A stretch of 64,000 nucleotides of DNA from Thermoproteota archaeon (GTDB taxonomy: Archaea > Asgardarchaeota > Njordarchaeia > Njordarchaeales > Panguiarchaeaceae), in contig JANJXX010000005.1 of the NCBI GenBank assembly GCA_024720975.1, forward strand, positions 7,059-71,058, written 5' to 3'. The notes below the pieces were generated by a model. The model ran no database searches. It saw only the letters and a program-made list of their open reading frames with translations, and was not told the origin of the DNA. A program made the translations under genes and the position numbers. Of this stretch, positions 28,662 to 35,422 are shown one piece after another. The number at the start of each line of letters is the position of its first letter. The stretch's first letter is position 1.

Positions 28662-29693
28662 ATGGCGCTGCAGCATGCAAAAAAGAATACAGAGAAAAAT
28701 ACTATGCACCTAGTGACAATGAGTGACATGGATATGGATGCCCTTGAAAGCAATTTTATGCCAAAATACGGCGTCTGTCAATACTGTAATGTGCCTCTGG
28801 AATATGATAATGAAAGGGATGAAGTTCGTTGCCCGGAGTGTGGACGCGTTTATGATAGCTTCATAGAACCTTATGCTGAGCTTGAATTTCCAAGAACGGA
28901 AGGGGAAGAAGAAGTCTCTCAGATGCACAGAAAGATAAGTTTGGCCGATAGATATTCAATAGAAAGTGAGATTCGAAGAAAACACTTAAAGGAAGCTAGT
29001 GACATTCTTCGTAAAGCAGCTGAAATGCTAGGCTTGTCGGCTAGTAGTGCAATTGTTAGGACTGCTCAAGAATCTTTTGCTAAATATACTAAGATGCAAA
29101 AAACTAGAAGTGACAGTTTGGAAATAACGGCATATGCTGCGTTATTAGCTACAGCTAGAGATTTGGGATATGCGATCACTGAGGAGACCCTGCTTACAGT
29201 CCTTGGAAAGAATGATCCTCAAGAGATAAAAAAGCTTGCTAAGCAAATAAGATCTAAGAGACGTGAAATAACTAATGTGCTAAAGTTGAGAACGTCGCTC
29301 GTAGAAGACTTAGATCAGCCTCTTAAGCTTCTTGAAATATATAGGGAGAGGTTCAAAAGTGTACCTATTTTAAGCGAGCACGTTGAGGCCATAACTCAGA
29401 AAGTTTATGATCTATGGAACAAGGCAAAAAACGACCTAATGAAACTAAATAAAATTCCAAAGAGTATAATAACGTCGCTAACGTATGTTGCGGCCTTGCT
29501 GGTATTGCCACCGGAAAAGAGAGTTCGCATAAGGCAATTTGACATTACTGAAGTATTCCAGACGACACCAATAACAATAAGGGATGTACTGCCTATAATT
29601 CTTAAATACCTAACCCCCGAAGAGCGTCAAATATTGAAAGTTTGCATGAGGAGGGGAAGAAAGACATCAAAGTTAGTTAATAAAGATAAGTAA
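28662..29693 (+). CDS. Transcription initiation factor B (TFB) paralogue, divergent
   Basis: Zn ribbon CQYC...CPECG followed by two cyclin-like helical repeats. The ATG at 28662 lies downstream of TATA-like ACTTTTTAAGG / TATATATTTATAT. Confidence 0.65.
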   Translation: MALQHAKKNTEKNTMHLVTMSDMDMDALESNFMPKYGVCQYCNVPLEYDNERDEVRCPECGRVYDSFIEPYAELEFPRTEGEEEVSQMHRKISLADRYSIESEIRRKHLKEASDILRKAAEMLGLSASSAIVRTAQESFAKYTKMQKTRSDSLEITAYAALLATARDLGYAITEETLLTVLGKNDPQEIKKLAKQIRSKRREITNVLKLRTSLVEDLDQPLKLLEIYRERFKSVPILSEHVEAITQKVYDLWNKAKNDLMKLNKIPKSIITSLTYVAALLVLPPEKRVRIRQFDITEVFQTTPITIRDVLPIILKYLTPEERQILKVCMRRGRKTSKLVNKDK

Positions 29694-29914
29694 ATCAAGT
29701 TAATAAACAGCTCACATCTATTTCTTTGATGCATCTCGAAACCGAAATAAGTTTGAGTATCAACATACCTTTGAAAGTCGTTAAACAGCGTTTTCAACTC
29801 AATTTCTAGCAGATTCTAAAATAATTAGACAAACGCTGAAACGGATCCTAATTTGACATTTTCATAGCAATGGAAAGCATACTACGGGCTCTTAGGCTCT
29901 TTTGCAAATGAAAA

Positions 29915-31252
29915 TCAGAGGATATATGTTTCAGTCCAATTAAAGTTGTTAACAAAGTTCATTAGATCGCTCTCTATATACTTAAAGTTCTCCTCAACGC
30001 CGTACAAAACAATCATTCCGGTTAAGTCGTATTCCTCTATATTCGTGACAAACACATAGCACAGTAATTTAAGTTCCACACGGGGACCGAAGTCTGAAAT
30101 CGTCCTCATAGTTGAGTTTAAATTAAGATACATTCTCGCAGTTTGTGAAGCTTGATACTTTCCTACCTTATATAGGGTCACAGTGGGTTCGAAGTGTCTG
30201 ATACCCTGCATTATTAGCCATGCTAGAAATTGCAGACTTATTATCTCCTGTAGAAGAGTCAGATCACAATCGCCTGTCTTTAAATCTATTATTTTCTTCG
30301 CACTGCGGATTAGATATAAGTTGATGCCTGCTTGGTACCAATAACTGTCCTCATATATATGTTGAGTAGGATATGTTATGAAAACTGTCCCGGAAACGCC
30401 TAGTGGCGACCATACGTAAGACATGCGCATTTCATGTATGCTCCAGTCGCCCGGCAGGAAGTTCTTGATACATTCATGAACTTTTCTCTCGGGAGACAAC
30501 ATGTAAAATCCTCCAACAAGCGCAATTGGCGCAACGATTATCAGTAGAAGAGCCAGCCCGAATGCTTGTCTCTTATAGTTAATCTTTCCCTTCACAGAAG
30601 AAAGCACAGTTTCGAGATCTAGCGCGAGCCATACTATGCCGTATAGAATTAGCGGTCCGGCGCTATCTATTATCATCAGGTATATTGTTGTTTTCACAAG
30701 CTCCAGCATAGTTCCAGAGAAGACATCTACAAACAATGTAGAATATAGCGTTAGATCTATGATAACCAATGCCGGAGGAGCTACTAATAGCATAATTGCA
30801 CCCAAGGTTTGTGGTGGTATTCTGACCTGAGTGAAAACCGGCAGAAAACTTATTGCTAGAAGAAACAATCCAAATCCAGTTAACGAAATGCCGGCAATTT
30901 TTATCCCCAATTCCGGTGAAGACAATAGAAAAACGCCCGAGCTCAGGAATAATACTGGGATAAGTATGTGTCGGGGACCAAGTTTTTCTAATCTACCTTG
31001 AATGAGGCTGAAGGCGACTCCAAGGAAAAGTGAGTATATTATGTATGATGGCACCTTCCACGCCAATAAGGGATCATGAAGAAGTGTAGCCATCACAAGA
31101 GGCGTTAAAGTTGCAATTATCGCTGTATCAAGAATTGGGACAAGGCTAGCTGCGAAAACTATGCCTACCTTATCTAGAACAGTGTAACCGAAACTTTCAC
31201 CTACCAGGCCAAGTATTGAATTCATCAAAACAAAGCACAAGATTATCAACAA
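29915..31252 (-). CDS. Hypothetical polytopic membrane protein with soluble C-terminal domain
   Basis: 445-aa ORF with about 8 hydrophobic segments in the N-terminal 250 aa. Confidence 0.5.
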   Translation of the reverse strand: MLIILCFVLMNSILGLVGESFGYTVLDKVGIVFAASLVPILDTAIIATLTPLVMATLLHDPLLAWKVPSYIIYSLFLGVAFSLIQGRLEKLGPRHILIPVLFLSSGVFLLSSPELGIKIAGISLTGFGLFLLAISFLPVFTQVRIPPQTLGAIMLLVAPPALVIIDLTLYSTLFVDVFSGTMLELVKTTIYLMIIDSAGPLILYGIVWLALDLETVLSSVKGKINYKRQAFGLALLLIIVAPIALVGGFYMLSPERKVHECIKNFLPGDWSIHEMRMSYVWSPLGVSGTVFITYPTQHIYEDSYWYQAGINLYLIRSAKKIIDLKTGDCDLTLLQEIISLQFLAWLIMQGIRHFEPTVTLYKVGKYQASQTARMYLNLNSTMRTISDFGPRVELKLLCYVFVTNIEEYDLTGMIVLYGVEENFKYIESDLMNFVNNFNWTETYIL

Positions 31253-31559
31253 TTTACGCAGATACCTTATCAGTTATGACACCTAGCTAATCAAACTACG
31301 CCTCTCAATGGTTCGAAAAGCTTGAAAAACCCAAACCATAAAATTGACAAAAATTCGTCAAATATCCTTAAGTACACAGTAATAAAGCTTTTTTAGACAC
31401 AAGTAGCATTTATCTAGATAGATCTCGATTCAAAGTGATTCGATGAGCCGGTAATTTCCAAATGGTTGAGACTTCTATCGCGGGTTCCCCATAGCCATAT
31501 ATAGATTCTTTGCGCTTTTGTCTAAGTAGGTAACATGTTGGACTGTTTTCTTTGTGAAC

Positions 31560-31568
31560 TTTTTAAGC
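31560..31568 (+). promoter_or_regulatory. TATA-like box of repeated RNA element, copy 1
   Basis: TTTTTAAGC lies within the block GTGAACTTTTTAAGCTATTTTAGCTAC. That block is conserved upstream of all three copies. Confidence 0.5.
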
Positions 31569-31660
31569 TATTTTAGCTACTACAGATACATAGAAACAAA
31601 AGAGAAACCAGTGAGCATAAAGATTTTTATACCTTAATTCTATATGAACTGATATTAGGC

Positions 31661-31861
31661 TCTCGCCTCAATGACGGCGTGGTGGTCATCAGAGGCGGGA
31701 GGATACACCTGTCTCTCGAGGCGGGCTTAGTGGTGCCCGTCGATGTAGCTCCCGATGACCCTGCGACAAATGAGCAGGTGCTGAGGGAGAAGCCCGTGTC
31801 GAGTATATCTATGATATTTAAAATACCTAAACAAACCCAAATAAGCGACACGGACAACCAC
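31661..31861 (+). ncRNA. Unclassified GC-rich structured RNA element, copy 1
   Basis: ~200-nt GC-rich island in AT-rich DNA, homologous to 34402-34602 and 46576-46779(-). Shows conserved and compensatory stems. Its ORFs are not preserved in copy 3. Confidence 0.6.
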
Positions 31862-31954
31862 TTAATGATGATTTTATATTTGTCTTAAGCTACTGCAATA
31901 TCATAGTTGATTTCCTAATGTATTATTGTTGGAATAGAGTATCGACTGAGTCCC

Positions 31955-32653
31955 GTGGTGAAATTAATGAGCGAACAGAAAGGGGAAGAATCCAAAATGT
32001 CAGAAGAATCGCAAGTCGAGGCGGAAGCTGAGAAGATCCTCAAAGAACTTGAAGCTGGCGAGATTAAGCTTTTTGATAGATGGAGTTGGAAAAACATAGT
32101 TGTAAGGGATCCGGGTCTTGTAACGTATATATCTTTAAAACCTATGTATGTTCCTCATAGCTTTGGTAGGCACGAAAAAACGCGTTTTGCGAAGGCGAAA
32201 GTTAATATAGTTGAGAGATTGATAAATAGATTAATGACACCGGGCAGAGAAAAGGGTCAACCTAAGACCGGCAGGTTTACTGGTAAAAAACTTCATGCCA
32301 TGAAAATTGTAGAGGCAGCATTTGAAATAATAGAAAAATTGACAAAGGAGAATCCTATACAGGTATTCGTGAGAGCAGTGGAAAATGTTGCTCCGAGAGA
32401 GGACTATACATCTTTCAGAGTTGCAGGAATTATCAAGAAATTTGCAGTTGATATAAGTCCGCAGAGAAGGGTAGATTTAGCTCTTAAATTCATAGTATTA
32501 GGTGCTAGGCAACGTGCATGGAGATCACCAATTAGTATAGCCGAAGCCCTTGCAGAGGAGATAATTGAAGCAGCAAAGGGTCCAGATAATGTAAACTCAA
32601 TAGCCGTAAGCAAAAAGATAGAATTAGAAAGGATAGCAGAAGCCGCCAGATGA
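31955..32653 (+). CDS. rps7: 30S ribosomal protein S7 (uS7)
   Basis: Strong archaeal S7 pattern (VERLINRLM.PGR..GKK..A..IV..AFEII...T..NPIQV.V.A.EN..PRE). Start ambiguous (GTG 31955 or ATG 31967). Confidence 0.9.
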   Translation: MVKLMSEQKGEESKMSEESQVEAEAEKILKELEAGEIKLFDRWSWKNIVVRDPGLVTYISLKPMYVPHSFGRHEKTRFAKAKVNIVERLINRLMTPGREKGQPKTGRFTGKKLHAMKIVEAAFEIIEKLTKENPIQVFVRAVENVAPREDYTSFRVAGIIKKFAVDISPQRRVDLALKFIVLGARQRAWRSPISIAEALAEEIIEAAKGPDNVNSIAVSKKIELERIAEAAR

Positions 32654-32655
32654 TA

Positions 32656-33408
32656 CTATTCCACAGTTTTCAAAAATTCTTCTATTGCTTCTATCGTTTG
32701 CTTAAGCATAGCTGAGAATAGTCTTTCCCCCTTTTCCCTTGATGCTCTACTAGGATAGCCCAGCGCACCAGTATCGGTAAATTCTATTGTTCTCCAGGGA
32801 TATATAGCTCTGCTCTTGCTTCGAAAATCGAGATGTTTACCCAAATGACGGAGCTTTGGATCGATAACCTTGTTAAGACGTACTAGATTAGGTTCTTCGA
32901 ATAGCATTATGGATGTTTCAAATTCACAAGCATGTCCCCATACATCGCTCTCAAGAATTTCTTTTACTGTGTCGTTAATTAGTTCCCAAGGATTAATAAG
33001 GAGAGCATTGATCTTATATTCAAATTTCAATTTCCTAACAGCTTCTGAAAGTGCATTAGTATTACCCCCATGTCCATTTATAATTATTATGGCTCGAACG
33101 CCATGCTTTGCTAAACTATTTGCAATTTCACAAACGAGTCTGATAAGAGTCTCAGAGGAAATTGTTATTGTTCCTGGAAAATCCATGTGATGCTCAGAGA
33201 CACCATAATACACCGGAGGAAGAACAAGTATAGAACCACCAAAATTCTTGGCTACTTCCAGGGAGAATTTGTATGCACTTATTGTATCAGTTATTAAGGG
33301 CAAATGATATGCGTGTTGTTCCGTGCTTCCGATGGGTAAGATAGCGGCTCTTAATCTGGGAATAGCATTCTTGATTTCGTCCCAACTACAGAATCCCCAT
33401 TCATGCAT
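32656..33408 (-). CDS. Creatininase-family amidohydrolase
   Basis: GSTEQHAYHLP and INGHGGN motifs. Confidence 0.8.
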   Translation of the reverse strand: MHEWGFCSWDEIKNAIPRLRAAILPIGSTEQHAYHLPLITDTISAYKFSLEVAKNFGGSILVLPPVYYGVSEHHMDFPGTITISSETLIRLVCEIANSLAKHGVRAIIIINGHGGNTNALSEAVRKLKFEYKINALLINPWELINDTVKEILESDVWGHACEFETSIMLFEEPNLVRLNKVIDPKLRHLGKHLDFRSKSRAIYPWRTIEFTDTGALGYPSRASREKGERLFSAMLKQTIEAIEEFLKTVE

Positions 33409-33569
33409 ATAAAATCCCTAGCACTAATTGCAGAATAGTTAGTCTCAAAATAAGATCCAGTAGAGTTTCTTTCAACTGAGAACAGAATTCAGCACTTAAT
33501 TGCTCGTATTTTAAAAAGGTTATTTGGACTTAACAACCTAGCAAATATACCATTGAACGGTGAAAAACA

Positions 33570-33887
33570 ATGGCCGGAACAGAAGCTCCCACAATATATG
33601 TTGGAAAGAAGCCCATCGTTAGGTATCTAATGGCCGCGATTTCAATCCTATTGAATGAAAAGCCCGAAAAGCTCCGCATTAGTGCACGCGGGCGCATGAT
33701 AAGCAAGGCTGTCGATGTAGCAGAAATGCTCAAAACACGCTATTTGCCTGGGATAGTTGATATAGATGCGATAAAAACTGGTACAGAAGAACTTCAAGAT
33801 CCCAACCAACCCGGTAGAGTTAACAGAGTCTCAACAATAGAAATCACCCTAAGAAGAACCGGCGAAATAGGAATTTCTAGAAGATAA
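33570..33887 (+). CDS. albA: Chromatin protein Alba
   Basis: IYVGKKPIVRYLMA......LRISARGRMISKAVDVAEML...RVSTIEI is the canonical Alba sequence. Confidence 0.9.
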   Translation: MAGTEAPTIYVGKKPIVRYLMAAISILLNEKPEKLRISARGRMISKAVDVAEMLKTRYLPGIVDIDAIKTGTEELQDPNQPGRVNRVSTIEITLRRTGEIGISRR

Positions 33888-34297
33888 AAACTAGCTTCTG
33901 TGCAGTCAGCCACTCTTTTTTCATTCCTCATTTATCAGACTATTATATTAATTTCTGCTGCCTTCATCTATCGAACTAGGATGACGACCCAATCCTAGTA
34001 ATCTAACAATAGTAATACGTCTAGAACCCTTAACTTTAGATTAACCACTCTCTAATGTGGGTATACTCCACTTCTCCGGCTATTGGTCGTTATTCCGGAT
34101 GATATCCTACAGTTCATATCCTAATAGGAACCCAGCCAGCGCAAAGAAACTTTACCAGGCCGTGCCATAAGCTTTTATAATCATAGCCTTCCAGAGAGCG
34201 TAGTACCCTTGAAAAATCTCCAGCCTTTGGGTTAAAGCAAGGTATATATGCCTATAACTTAAGATAAAAAGTAACAAGACTGTGTCTTCCGTAAAAG

Positions 34298-34306
34298 TTT
34301 TTAAGC
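34298..34306 (+). promoter_or_regulatory. TATA-like box of repeated RNA element, copy 2
   Basis: TTTTTAAGC within GTAAAAGTTTTTAAGCTGTTTTAGCTAC. Confidence 0.5.
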
Positions 34307-34401
34307 TGTTTTAGCTACTATAGGTACTTGGAATCAGATTCAAGTGCAAGAAATGCGGATTCGAGTTTAACTCACACTACGTAGCTTGCCTAAACCTCTT
34401 C

Positions 34402-34602
34402 TCTCGCCTCAATGACGGCGTGGTAGCCATCAGAGGCGGGAGGATATATGCATACCTCGAGGCGGGCTTAGTGGTGCCCGTCGATGTAGCTCCCGATGAC
34501 CCTGCGATAGATGAGCAGGTGGCGAGGGAGAAGCCCGTGTCGATAATACCCAAGATAATCAAAACACCTGAACAAACCCAAATAAGCGACACGGGCAACC
34601 AC
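34402..34602 (+). ncRNA. Unclassified GC-rich structured RNA element, copy 2
   Basis: Near-identical core to copy 1. The terminal stem GCCCGUGUCG/CGACACGGGC is perfect. The element ends 1 nt before the rps12 stop codon on the opposite strand. Confidence 0.6.
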
Positions 34603-34603
34603 T

Positions 34604-35044
34604 CTATCTCTTCTCTTTCTTCTTGCGGCCAGATACAAGCTCATATAGGGATATTCCATTAACCTTAATTACACGGTATTTTACACCGGGAATATCGCCA
34701 AACGAGCGTCCACGAACTCCTCCTATGGGTTGAATTAGAACCTCATCATGCTCATCAATCATTAAAAGTCCACCGTCATAAGGTACAAAGGCAGTTACAA
34801 TTTTCCCATTTTTCTTTAATTTTACCTTCACACACTTTCTAAGAGCGCCTGTTGGTTTTCGTGCCTCGACTCCAACTTTTTTGAGGACAATCCCTAACGC
34901 CTGCGGAGCTCCCTCAAGTGGATCAAACTTCTTCTTGAATCTTAGGACTCTCCTCTTATAATCGAGGTCAGCCCATCGTGCTTTACTCCTCTTTTTCCTC
35001 AGTATCCTTACTGCAAACTCTCCCCTTGGTGATTTCGTTACCAT
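34604..35044 (-). CDS. rps12: 30S ribosomal protein S12 (uS12)
   Basis: [40 protein letters not shown]....[27 protein letters not shown]. The ATG at 35044 is preferred to the ORF start at 35116. Confidence 0.9.
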   Translation of the reverse strand: MVTKSPRGEFAVRILRKKRSKARWADLDYKRRVLRFKKKFDPLEGAPQALGIVLKKVGVEARKPTGALRKCVKVKLKKNGKIVTAFVPYDGGLLMIDEHDEVLIQPIGGVRGRSFGDIPGVKYRVIKVNGISLYELVSGRKKKEKR

Positions 35045-35305
35045 TTCTCCTTCCTCATTCTTATACATGCTTGCTAGGTAGTACACTATCATTTCAGGCT
35101 TTTTAAGGTAAGTCATTGCTTCACCTGGTTTGAATATGACCTATCAGCTATAGAGCTCAAGTAGATGGCTTAGTTTAAAGAACTTTAAAGTCGTGGTTAC
35201 CTAAGATACCTTTCCTGCATTGAAGTAAGTCAGAAGAAGATACCCTACTCTAGCTCACTCAATAATCAAGTTTCTCGGCAACCGCTAAGTCTACAAGTCT
35301 AACTT

Positions 35306-35353
35306 AAAATTTCAAAATTCTTAGCAAAATTTCTTAAAAATTTCAAAAATTTC
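35306..35353. repeat. Phased A-tract repeats (AAAATTTC x4) upstream of the secreted protease gene
   Basis: AAAATTTC or AAAAATTTC occurs at 35306, 35326, 35336 and 35345, spaced roughly 10-20 bp apart. Confidence 0.5.
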
Positions 35354-35422
35354 TTTTAAAAAAGCTTTTTCAACTATACTGTATCAGAATATTATTCCTG
35401 ATAACTTCCCCAAGGCGATTCC

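Noticed and set aside
31627-31888. ORFs of 76 aa (minus) and 69 aa (plus) across RNA-element copy 1, with similar ORFs at 34377-34662 across copy 2. These could suggest a conserved small protein.
   Set aside because: The third homologous copy (46576-46779) has in-frame stops (for example CTA TGA in the plus-sense frame) and indels, and it has no ORF of 60 aa or more. Substitutions between copies preserve base pairing rather than codons.
31865-31940. An AUGAUGA C-box-like heptamer lies immediately after RNA-element copy 1, with a CUGA about 65 nt downstream.
   Set aside because: The spacing is too long for an archaeal C/D sRNA, and no credible D'/C' pair lies between them. The match is probably fortuitous in AT-rich sequence.
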